Source: Nitrospinaceae bacterium
GTDB lineage: Bacteria; Nitrospinota; Nitrospinia; Nitrospinales; VA-1
Reading direction: 5' to 3'
Assembly (NCBI GenBank): GCA_029937655.1
Contig: JAPYPK010000001.1
Location: 1-42,287, forward strand
DNA: 42,287 nt
In this document: positions 10,360-21,128 of the stretch, piece after piece
Position numbering within the stretch: the first letter of the stretch is position 1
Layout of the letters: each line of letters starts with the position of its first letter
Made by a program: the position numbers and the translations under genes
The notes under the pieces: generated by a model
What the model saw: only the letters and a program-made list of their open reading frames with translations
Database searches by the model: none
What the model was told of the DNA's origin: nothing

Positions 10360-10965
10360 TTAATATTTAGTAAGTTTTTCTTTTATGCGACGAACAAGTT
10401 CCTGGTAATTGTTTTTAGAAATTACTTTATAGAGCTGCGACCGCATATTATTTCTCATGCTGATTTCATCTAGATCAACATCTACAACCTGCCAGTGATC
10501 GCCGTATTTTTGTAAGTGGAAATCAATATTAATTTCTCCTTCCTTTTCATGGACAACAGTAAGTGGAACATTGGCTTTTGATTCATTGATAGTGGTTTGA
10601 CCATAAATCAATTTGAGTGCAGCAAAGAATTTTCCAGAGTTGGGAAAGGCCTCTTTGGTAAACATCCGGCTCAAAAGATCGATAAACACTTTCTGTTCAG
10701 TTAAGGAGCGCTTACTCCAGTACTTCCCTAGTGCCTTGCGGCTTATTTCCCGTATATTCAAAAGCGCAAGTGCACGATGAGAGATAATATCATTTTCTTT
10801 AACTTCCTCGGTAGTTAGCGGTTTCCCTGTTTTTAAATTGGTAATAGAATTCAGTAATATTTCCACTGTATTGCGGGGTGATGCTTCTTTTGCAATAAGG
10901 GGGGACAACTCAAATAAAGCCAAAATAAAAAATATTAAAAAAATCCAATTTTTACGAGAAAGCAT
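10360..10965 (-). CDS. MlaC/Ttg2D-like periplasmic lipid-binding protein
   Basis: Signal peptide, then the Tgt2/MlaC-like pattern (ISRKALGKYWSKRSLTEQKVFIDLLSRMF). About 200 aa. No mlaDEF genes are adjacent. Confidence 0.7.
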   Translation of the reverse strand: MLSRKNWIFLIFFILALFELSPLIAKEASPRNTVEILLNSITNLKTGKPLTTEEVKENDIISHRALALLNIREISRKALGKYWSKRSLTEQKVFIDLLSRMFTKEAFPNSGKFFAALKLIYGQTTINESKANVPLTVVHEKEGEINIDFHLQKYGDHWQVVDVDLDEISMRNNMRSQLYKVISKNNYQELVRRIKEKLTKY

Positions 10966-11074
10966 AGTTATGCTAAATTAGTATTTAGAAATTGAGCTAG
11001 TGTTCAATGCCGATTTTTTTCAAAAAATTAAGTATAACCTTTTTAACTTAAACTAAAAAAATAATTTCATTTAT

Positions 11075-11815
11075 ATGAGTCTAGCTTTTTCAGGGAAGGG
11101 TCTTTTATTTTCGATACTTTTTGTAGGGTTGGCAAGTCAGGAAACGGGTTTAATTAAAGAAGTAGACCACAATTACAGTTTGGCCAAATCAACAGATGAT
11201 TTATACACGTTAGAAGCATTGGTCAAGAAGTCCTTAAAAACATTTCCAGAATCGGACAAGCTTTTCTGGAGGTTGGGAAGAGTTTACTTCAAACTTGGTG
11301 AAACATTTACTTCTGAATCCAAAAAAATTTATTTTTTTTCGCTATGTATGGCGCAGACAAAAAAAACGATTGAAATTAACTCACAGTCCGCCAATGGATA
11401 TTTTTTTAACGGCCTTTGCAGCGGAACCCTAGGTCAGGCTCAAGGTATCTGGAGTAGTTTGGGAACCATTGAACCGTTTAAAAAAGATATGGAAACTGCC
11501 ATTAATCTAGATCCATCCATTGAAGAAGGTGGACCGCACAGAGCGTTGGGGAATCTTTATTTAAAGCTCCCTTATGTATTAGGGGGGGATTTAGAACGTT
11601 CAATTGCACACTTTCAAAAGGCCATTCAACTTGGTTCTGAATTTGGAGAAAATTATCTTGGCCTTGCTGAGGCCTACATCGAAAACGGAGATTTTATTTT
11701 AGCGAAGGATATACTACACACACTTCTTAATATGAAATTAAGTTCGCAAAAAGAAGAGTCTGTTCTTGAATGGAAGACTCAAGCCTTAGACTTTTTGGAA
11801 AAAATACAGAATTGA
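11075..11815 (+). CDS. TPR-like periplasmic protein (TatT-like family)
   Basis: Signal peptide and a helical-repeat protein. The motif GGPHRALGNLYLKLPYVLGGDLERSIAHFQKAI resembles TatT-type TPR proteins. The family call is from memory only. Confidence 0.5.
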   Translation: MSLAFSGKGLLFSILFVGLASQETGLIKEVDHNYSLAKSTDDLYTLEALVKKSLKTFPESDKLFWRLGRVYFKLGETFTSESKKIYFFSLCMAQTKKTIEINSQSANGYFFNGLCSGTLGQAQGIWSSLGTIEPFKKDMETAINLDPSIEEGGPHRALGNLYLKLPYVLGGDLERSIAHFQKAIQLGSEFGENYLGLAEAYIENGDFILAKDILHTLLNMKLSSQKEESVLEWKTQALDFLEKIQN

Positions 11816-11830
11816 TAAACGCTGAATATC

Positions 11831-13525
11831 ATGCTGAAAGAATTAAGGATAAATAATTTTGCTATTATTGATAACCTGAGCGTCGAATTCACGTCTGGTC
11901 TTACAGCGTTGACGGGGGAAACGGGTGCCGGGAAGTCAATTATTATAGACGCCCTCAACCTAATTCTTGGGGGTAGAGCCGATTCCAATTTTATCCGTAC
12001 AGGAGAATCATCGGCAACCGTTGAAAGCGTGTTTGAGATCAAAAATCTACAAACGTTAGACATCCTTTCAGAATTGGGCATCGATGCTAATAACGGAGAG
12101 GTCGTTTTAAGGCGAACGATATCTAATACGGGGAAAAATCGTTGCATGGTTAACGACTGCGCGGTAACGGTTGGTGTCTTGGCAAAACTAGGAGACCGGC
12201 TAGTTGATATTCATGGCCAGCATGATCATCAGGCACTACTCAATTCAGAAATTCATGTTGATCTTCTCGATTTGTATGGGAAAACCATGGATGAAAGAAA
12301 CGAATTTACTAAAAAATATTTTAAATATCTAGAAGATTTAAAGAAAGTAGAAGATTTACGTTCTAAAGAAAGTGATCGCTTGCAGCGAGAAGATCTACTG
12401 CGTTTTCAAATTAACGAGATTGATAAGGCCAGTCTTTCACGGAATGAGGAAGATCTGCTTAAAGCAGAAAAAAACAAATTGCAACATGCAGAAAAAATTC
12501 ACGAATCAGTGAAACTAGTTCTCAATTTAATTGCAGAAAAAGAAGGGGCGGTCCTTGAAGAATTGGGTGTAGTGAAAAGAGAACTAGAGTCGCTTCCTTC
12601 TTTGGACCCGGAATTGGGGAAACAGGCACAACGAGGACAATCTGCTTTTTGTGAAATTGAAGAACTGGTTGAAGAGTTGAGAGACTATGCTCATAAAATA
12701 GAATTTAACCCATCTCGTCTTGAAGAAATAGAAGATCGTTTATCGGAAATCAACGGGCTAAAACGTAAATACGGCGGAAATATTGATTTAGTTTTGGATT
12801 ACCGCGATAAAATTTCTACCGAACTCGATACTCTTTCTTGTTTCAATGAAAGTATGGAAAAGCTTCAAAAAGATATAAAGTTACACCAGACCATTTTGTC
12901 GGAGCTTTCTGTAGTGTTGGCAGAAAAAAGGGAAAGAACAGCCGGTATATTTAAAAAAGATGTAGAGAAGGAACTTTGTGATCTTGGTATGAAAGATGTT
13001 CGGTTAAAAGTACAATTTAACTATGAAGGGGATGGTACCAATTTCGTAAAATTTCGAAACGAAAAGGTGAAATTAAATTCAACGGGGTTGGGCACAATAG
13101 AATTTTTATTTTCTCCAAACCTGGGAGAAGACCTAAAACCTCTCGCTAAGATAGCTTCAGGGGGGGAACTTTCCCGGCTTATGCTGGCATTAAAATCAAA
13201 TCTCAATAAGCAAGATACTATTCCTGTAATGGTTTTCGACGAAGTCGATACAGGGATAGGAGGAAAAATTGCCGAGGTGGTGGGGAGTAAATTAAAAAAA
13301 ATTGCTACTGAAAAACAAGTGTTCTGCATTACACACTTACCCCAAATCGCGGGCAAGGCAATTTCACACTTTGTGGTGTTTAAAACAGTGAAAGAGAAAC
13401 GGACTTATTCCAGCATTCGTGAACTTTCAGAGCAAGAAAGAGTAGAAGAAATTGCAAGGATGTCTGGTGGAAAAAAAATCACCAAGGCTACTCTCAGCCA
13501 TGCCAAAGAAATGATCCAACCTTAA
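11831..13525 (+). CDS. recN: DNA repair protein RecN
   Basis: Walker A GETGAGKS, long coiled coil, SMC signature ASGGELSR, Walker B MVFDEVDTGIGG. 564 aa. Confidence 0.95.
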   Translation: MLKELRINNFAIIDNLSVEFTSGLTALTGETGAGKSIIIDALNLILGGRADSNFIRTGESSATVESVFEIKNLQTLDILSELGIDANNGEVVLRRTISNTGKNRCMVNDCAVTVGVLAKLGDRLVDIHGQHDHQALLNSEIHVDLLDLYGKTMDERNEFTKKYFKYLEDLKKVEDLRSKESDRLQREDLLRFQINEIDKASLSRNEEDLLKAEKNKLQHAEKIHESVKLVLNLIAEKEGAVLEELGVVKRELESLPSLDPELGKQAQRGQSAFCEIEELVEELRDYAHKIEFNPSRLEEIEDRLSEINGLKRKYGGNIDLVLDYRDKISTELDTLSCFNESMEKLQKDIKLHQTILSELSVVLAEKRERTAGIFKKDVEKELCDLGMKDVRLKVQFNYEGDGTNFVKFRNEKVKLNSTGLGTIEFLFSPNLGEDLKPLAKIASGGELSRLMLALKSNLNKQDTIPVMVFDEVDTGIGGKIAEVVGSKLKKIATEKQVFCITHLPQIAGKAISHFVVFKTVKEKRTYSSIRELSEQERVEEIARMSGGKKITKATLSHAKEMIQP

Positions 13526-13659
13526 TTAGACCACCCATTTCTTTTTGGAGTTCTGTACCAATTAGTGCAATTGGAAAAATTTTCACTCAATTATATTTTT
13601 TAATCAAAGTTAGAGTGTGATTTGCTATTTAACAAGTTGTCTATTACCCAGTCCAAAGA

Positions 13660-16268
<2,609 letters not shown>

Positions 16269-16283
16269 GATTTGTTTCGTCCA

Positions 16284-17060
16284 TTAAATATCTATTAAGC
16301 CATCGAGTGGACTGCTAGCGGAGGCATAGAGTTTCTTTGGTATGCGCCCTGCTTCAAAGGCCTGGCGTCCACATTCCACAGCAGCTTTCATAGCGCAGGC
16401 CATTTTAATAGGATCTTGCGCCCCTGCAATTGCGGTGTTCATAAGAAGTCCGTCTATTCCAAGTTCCATGGCCTTGCATGCATCAGAAGCAGTTCCAACA
16501 CCTGCGTCGACAATGACTGGTACTTGCACAGCCTCAAGGATTAGTTTTATCGTAAATGGGTTACATACCCCGAGCCCTGATCCAATGGGCGCAGCTAGAG
16601 GCATAACGGCAGAGCAACCCGCTTCCTCTAGTTTTTTACAAAGAACTACATCATCTGTGCAGTAAGGGAGTACCTGAAATCCATCTTTTACCAGGATTTT
16701 TGAGGCTTCCAGAGTGGCTTCATTATCGGGGAATAACGTTTTTTCATCACCAATAACTTCAACTTTAACCATATTTCCCAGTCCCGCTTCACGTGCAAGT
16801 TGACATGTCATGACTGCCTCCTTGACCGTATAGCAACCAGCAGTGTTAGGTAGAAAACAGTATGTTTTTGGATCGAGAAAATTAAGAATAGAGTCCTTGG
16901 CCTTATCTAGTTCGATACGGCGTACCGCTAAGGTGATCATTTCTGCCCCTGAGGCAGATATGGCATCACGGGTTTCCTCAAAAGACGCATATTTTCCTGT
17001 TCCAACAATCAAGCGAGAAGTGAATGTTCTATCGCCTATCTTCAACTGTGATGAGTTCAT
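16284..17060 (-). CDS. thiG: Thiazole synthase
   Basis: Contains [25 protein letters not shown] and [12 protein letters not shown]. 258 aa. Confidence 0.95.
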   Translation of the reverse strand: MNSSQLKIGDRTFTSRLIVGTGKYASFEETRDAISASGAEMITLAVRRIELDKAKDSILNFLDPKTYCFLPNTAGCYTVKEAVMTCQLAREAGLGNMVKVEVIGDEKTLFPDNEATLEASKILVKDGFQVLPYCTDDVVLCKKLEEAGCSAVMPLAAPIGSGLGVCNPFTIKLILEAVQVPVIVDAGVGTASDACKAMELGIDGLLMNTAIAGAQDPIKMACAMKAAVECGRQAFEAGRIPKKLYASASSPLDGLIDI

Positions 17061-17111
17061 TTTAAAATCTTCAAAAAAATTAGAAAGAATTTTACAAAAA
17101 AAATTATAAAA

Positions 17112-17315
17112 TCAGAGTCCACCACCTACAGCATGAACGATTTCTACATTATCTCCATCATGAATTTTGGTTTGCTTGAGCTTTGAACTGGGAACAACTT
17201 CCTGATTAAGTGCTACGGCACAATGGGGTGAAACTATTTCCAGCTCAAGCAACAATTCTGCTAAGTTAACACTGGAATAGATTTCTCTTTCATCACCATT
17301 TACTTTAAGTACCAT
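17112..17315 (-). CDS. thiS: Sulfur-carrier protein ThiS
   Basis: MVLKVNGDE... with a beta-grasp-size product ending VGGGL. The track ORF starts at TTG 17336 (MSGGLPT-). I prefer ATG 17315, which gives a typical 67-aa ThiS. Confidence 0.8.
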   Translation of the reverse strand: MVLKVNGDEREIYSSVNLAELLLELEIVSPHCAVALNQEVVPSSKLKQTKIHDGDNVEIVHAVGGGL

Positions 17316-17408
17316 CGTAGGAAGCCCCCCGCTCAATCAAACTAAAATAAAGTTCAATCGAAATTTAAAGCCAAAATTAAGTGAGGGTGAGTCAAAGAAA
17401 GGGAACAC

Positions 17409-17442
17409 AAAAAAAAGCTACAACCAAGTAAGGGATTATAGC
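17409..17442 (-). terminator. Putative intrinsic terminator (expression platform of the TPP riboswitch)
   Basis: Minus-strand RNA arms GCUAUAA / UUGUAGC give 7 bp with one U-G pair. They are followed directly by U8 (plus-strand A8 at 17409-17416), between the aptamer and thiS. Confidence 0.45.
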
Positions 17443-17454
17443 TATGCTAAAAGC

Positions 17455-17540
17455 TCTATCCACTTCCCTTCGCTGGTACTAGCCAGATCAGGTTCAAAGG
17501 GTTGCCCTTTAAAGACTCTCAGAAAATCACCCCTAGCGAA
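17455..17540 (-). promoter_or_regulatory. TPP (THI-box) riboswitch aptamer
   Basis: The reverse complement reads CTAGGGGTGATTTTCTGAGAGTCTTTAAAGGGCAACCCTTTGAACCTGATCTGGCTAGTACCAGCGAAGGGAAGTGG. This holds the canonical GGGGUG...CUGAGA...ACCCUUUGAACCUGAUCUGG...CCAGCG.AGGGAA elements, upstream of thiSGEC. Confidence 0.9.
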
Positions 17541-17629
17541 CTACTTTTGATTCCGTACTGCAGATTAACGTAAAAAAAAAACATGTCAAGATGTATTGAT
17601 CTTAAAAAAATATTTGGTATAGTTCGTCC

Positions 17630-18310
17630 ATGAATTTTTTTAAGTTTGGCATTATTGGTTTTATCATATTGAATTATATTGCTTTGGGTTGTGCGAAAGT
17701 TCCTGGTCAGTTCTCTGATACCCCATCTCAGTCTCTGTCAAAATTTGATCAGGAATTATTCGCAAGGGCTACCTTGCACCAGCACAAGGGACAAATCGAC
17801 TCTGCCATTGTGCTTTGGAATAAGTTTTTACAAAGAAACCCAAATTCTTTTGAAGTCAGAAATAATTTAGGTTTGCTTTACTATGCTAATGACGAGATTG
17901 TAAAGGCCATCTACCATTACAATCAGGGGCTCAAATTGAGACCGAGAGAAGGTCAACTTAAAGTGAATTTGGTGCGCGCGCTAAAAGTTCAGTCCGCTAT
18001 CCTTGAAGAAAACAGGGAATATGATGAGGCAATAATGGGTCTTAGTAGAATAGTTGAATTGTCTCCACCTAAAGAAAAGGAAGGTATTGAGAGGCAGATA
18101 GAAGCTTTAGAGGATCAAATTTTTAAACAAGTCAAAAAATCTGACTCGATGGGAGAATATCAGAAATTCCTAAAGAAATATCCACGCAGCCCTGGAAACT
18201 CGGATGAGGCTAGGCTATGGATTGAAAATAAATTGAAAGCTAAGAAAATGGGTAACCAAGAGTCATTGTCTTCTGACTTTCAACCCAGCCTAGCAACCGA
18301 ATTGAGATAG
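17630..18310 (+). CDS. TPR-repeat lipoprotein
   Basis: Signal peptide with a lipobox-like IALGC, followed by TPR-like helical repeats (NNLGLLYYANDEIVKAIYHYNQGLKLRP). Confidence 0.65.
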   Translation: MNFFKFGIIGFIILNYIALGCAKVPGQFSDTPSQSLSKFDQELFARATLHQHKGQIDSAIVLWNKFLQRNPNSFEVRNNLGLLYYANDEIVKAIYHYNQGLKLRPREGQLKVNLVRALKVQSAILEENREYDEAIMGLSRIVELSPPKEKEGIERQIEALEDQIFKQVKKSDSMGEYQKFLKKYPRSPGNSDEARLWIENKLKAKKMGNQESLSSDFQPSLATELR

Positions 18311-18378
18311 ATTGTAAAATTTGTTTAAAAATTGTTATTTGGTCAGGTCGATTATAGATATAACTGGAGATTGTATGT

Positions 18379-19356
18379 ATGAGTTTTGGTGCTCAAATTG
18401 ATCAACGTGAACTAGATCGAGTTATTGAACGTGAGTGGGCTTATTTACGGTCTGAGGCTGACCAGTGGAGCCTTCTTCGCGGTGAACAGGATATGGAAAT
18501 TTTGGAGCATGTCCTGCGATGTATTTTACATATTGACAATACAAACGAATACGCTGAAGACTTTGCCGAGTGCACAAATGTGCAAAACTCTGATGGTGGA
18601 TGGTCTAAGGTATCGCATGCAGACAAAACGTCCATATGGATAACAACTTTTGTTGGCTTGAAGCTCTGCCGCGGGAACCTTATTCTAAACAACCCAAAAA
18701 TTGAAGAGTCAATTCAACGTGCCTTGGAGTATATCTTGTCTAGCCAAGAAGATGACGGACATTGGTCGGACGTCGAGTGGTCACACTTGGATACTACTTG
18801 TTCGGTGACAGTATTTCTTACGGTGTACCAGGTTACACACGATAAAAAAAATGATGATCGGATCAACAAAGCCCGTAAACGGGGATACGATTTCATTATG
18901 GATTGGCAGCGTGATACCGGTCTATGGAAAGATGATACATTTCATCCCGCAGGGATCGAAACAACCGCACACCTTATGCAATATACCTTGGTACCAGCAT
19001 ATTTTATGGATGGAATAGAAGAAGCCCAAAAAATATGCCTTGAGGCCGCTGATAGTATGGTTGACGAGCAAGCAGAGAACGGATCATGGGATGGTGAAAA
19101 TATGGATCACACAATGGACGCCTGCCGCAATCTGATGTTGGTGGCAGATACGTTTAACCAAAAAGAAAAATATTCTTCTGTCATCGCAAAGGGAGTCCAT
19201 TGGCTTATGGATGAAAAAAATGAAGTGGGTTGGGGTGACTTTAAGGGAGAGCCTAGTAATATCGAAAGAACAGCGGATGGCTTGGATACACTGCTAAAGT
19301 ACGGACGATTTTGTTCTAACGAACCGATGTCACATTTCTGGGCGTACAGCAAGTAG
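18379..19356 (+). CDS. Prenyltransferase/squalene-cyclase-repeat (alpha/alpha toroid) protein, single domain
   Basis: Five roughly 54-aa-spaced repeats of the G-x-W type: DGGWSK, DGHWSD, TGLWKD, NGSWDG, VGWGDF. Each is followed by a D/E-T-T-like helix start. No signal peptide. 325 aa. Confidence 0.7.
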   Translation: MSFGAQIDQRELDRVIEREWAYLRSEADQWSLLRGEQDMEILEHVLRCILHIDNTNEYAEDFAECTNVQNSDGGWSKVSHADKTSIWITTFVGLKLCRGNLILNNPKIEESIQRALEYILSSQEDDGHWSDVEWSHLDTTCSVTVFLTVYQVTHDKKNDDRINKARKRGYDFIMDWQRDTGLWKDDTFHPAGIETTAHLMQYTLVPAYFMDGIEEAQKICLEAADSMVDEQAENGSWDGENMDHTMDACRNLMLVADTFNQKEKYSSVIAKGVHWLMDEKNEVGWGDFKGEPSNIERTADGLDTLLKYGRFCSNEPMSHFWAYSK

Positions 19357-19401
19357 CAAAGGTTTCTATCATTCATCCTTTGTAATAATTATGGTGACCT
19401 G

Positions 19402-20151
19402 ATGCAAGCAGTTATTCTTCTCGCTGGATATGGATCCCGCCTCGGCCGTGACGATATTCCCCACAAAAGTCTTTTACCTTTTGATGACGAGACTTTACTT
19501 TCAAGGCATCTTGCCTGTCTGGATTCTTTAGGCGTAAGCTGTGTTTTTCTAGTGGTTGGCCACAACAAAGAAAGTGTGAAGCGATATGTTGAAGACCTTA
19601 ATCTAGGGCTTGAATGTAAGTTTATTGACAATGATTTGTATCGTACTACTGGAAACACCTTGTCCATGGTCATGGGTTTACGCTATTGCAGCGAGGATGT
19701 CGTTATTCTTGACGGAGATGTGCTTTATCCTAAATCTGAATTTTGCAAATATGTAAAAAACTCAGAACCAACATCCTTCGCATCAATCCCTTCAGATATA
19801 AACGATACAGAATCAAGCAAGGTGTTGATTCGATCAGATGGTAAAGTAGGAGTGTTTGTTACTAAAAGGGACCCGACGCTCGAAGAGAAAGCTGATTTCG
19901 ACTTCAGAGGAGAGGCCATTGGTTTTTTTAAACTCTCCGCCGAAAATTGTAAAAAATTTATTGCGCACTATGAAAAATTTGAGTCTGAATATGTTGAGCT
20001 TTTATGGGAAATTCCTTTCAGTGATTTCGCTAAGTCTGTAGATCTTAATGTCTGGTTGATTACTCAAGGCCCAGATTGCTTTGAAATAGATACTCAGGTT
20101 GACTACGAACTAGCATTATCGTCCTTCCAAAAATACAAAAATAGTTATTGA
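19402..20151 (+). CDS. LicC-like nucleotidyltransferase (small phospho-headgroup cytidylyltransferase family)
   Basis: N-terminal AVILLAGYGSRLG nucleotide-binding loop. The C-terminal ELLWE...CFEIDTQVDY region resembles LicC (DLYWD...YEIDSVQDY). Confidence 0.7.
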   Translation: MQAVILLAGYGSRLGRDDIPHKSLLPFDDETLLSRHLACLDSLGVSCVFLVVGHNKESVKRYVEDLNLGLECKFIDNDLYRTTGNTLSMVMGLRYCSEDVVILDGDVLYPKSEFCKYVKNSEPTSFASIPSDINDTESSKVLIRSDGKVGVFVTKRDPTLEEKADFDFRGEAIGFFKLSAENCKKFIAHYEKFESEYVELLWEIPFSDFAKSVDLNVWLITQGPDCFEIDTQVDYELALSSFQKYKNSY

Positions 20152-20247
20152 ACGACTTCCAACTTCATTTTTTCTGCTTTCCTCACTTAAAATCCAATAA
20201 ACGTGGTTTAATGAAAAAGATTCAACTGTAGCCATTTAAGTTTTTAG

Positions 20248-20952
20248 GTGGAGATAGGGGTGCTGTCTAAGTATAAAGCAGTTCTTTTTGATGTTAGTGG
20301 GACACTTCTTCGGGTTGAACCTTCTGTGGGTGAGGTTTACGCAACCTATGCCAGACCCTTTGGGTTTAAGGGATCAGGAAAAGAGCTGAATCAACTTTTC
20401 CATAAAGAGTGGATTAATTCTGGAGGAATTGAATCTTTAGGTAAAAAGAGTGGTGAACAAGCGGAAAGAGATTTTTGGAAGAGTCTTGTTTTTCAAGTTT
20501 TTGAACACTCTGGCGGTCTTGAAAATTTCGAACATTATTTCGAGATCATTTATGAGGCGTTTGCACGAAAAGACCACTGGCATGTTTTTGATGATGTTAT
20601 TGATTCAGGTATTTTAGAAAAATTAAAAAATTCAAGTATCACATTAGGAGTTGTTTCTAACTGGGATTCCCGTCTTCATACAATTTTAAAAGGAACCGGT
20701 CTTGCGGAGTATTTTGATTTTATTTTAGCTTCTGCGGAGGTGGGATCGGCCAAACCAGATAAAAAAATTTTTATTGAAGCCATTAGAAGAAGCGGGGTTA
20801 ACCCGGCCGAAGTTTGTCATATTGGGGACGACCTTCGCGCAGATATTCGAGGTGCCAACAGCGTAGGAATAGAAGCAATACTCATAGACCGTAACAGTAA
20901 GCATAAAAAAAATAGTCTTGCTACCATTAGTTCTTTTCAAGAGTTGCTATGA
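20248..20952 (+). CDS. HAD-IA hydrolase, REG-2/HDHD3-like
   Basis: Motif I VLFDVSGTLL, motif II VVSNWD, motif III Lys (SAKPDKKIF), motif IV HIGDDLRADIRGA. GTG start. The VYATYARPFG region resembles HDHD3. Confidence 0.8.
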   Translation: MEIGVLSKYKAVLFDVSGTLLRVEPSVGEVYATYARPFGFKGSGKELNQLFHKEWINSGGIESLGKKSGEQAERDFWKSLVFQVFEHSGGLENFEHYFEIIYEAFARKDHWHVFDDVIDSGILEKLKNSSITLGVVSNWDSRLHTILKGTGLAEYFDFILASAEVGSAKPDKKIFIEAIRRSGVNPAEVCHIGDDLRADIRGANSVGIEAILIDRNSKHKKNSLATISSFQELL

Positions 20953-21128
20953 AAAATAATTTAGAATTTATTTAAACAAGTTTTTCTTGAGTAAGCGTTT
21001 ATATATGCTCAGGACTCACAAATTAACCGATTCGATCGGCGCAATCTTTGCGTTGATCTTCTCTTGCCTAATTGTGAATATGAAAAACAACAAAAATTAG
21101 GAAGGTATCTTTAAAGGAAGTAAGCAGC

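Noticed and set aside
13558-13583. CCAATT-AGTGC-AATTGG hairpin followed by an A/T run between the convergent recN and thiC genes, considered as a bidirectional terminator.
   Set aside because: A 6-bp AT-rich stem is too weak to call with confidence.
17316-17336. TTG start giving ThiS a 7-residue MSGGLPT extension.
   Set aside because: ATG 17315 gives the typical M-x-I/L-x-V-N-G ThiS N-terminus and is preceded by a G-rich SD-like stretch. The extension is not excluded, but it is unnecessary.
21025-21052. Two adjacent 5-bp hairpins (CCGAT-TCG-ATCGG and CGCAA-TCT-TTGCG) in the HAD / GT-C convergent spacer.
   Set aside because: The stems are short with no clear U-tract. They may be weak terminators, but they are not distinguishable from chance.
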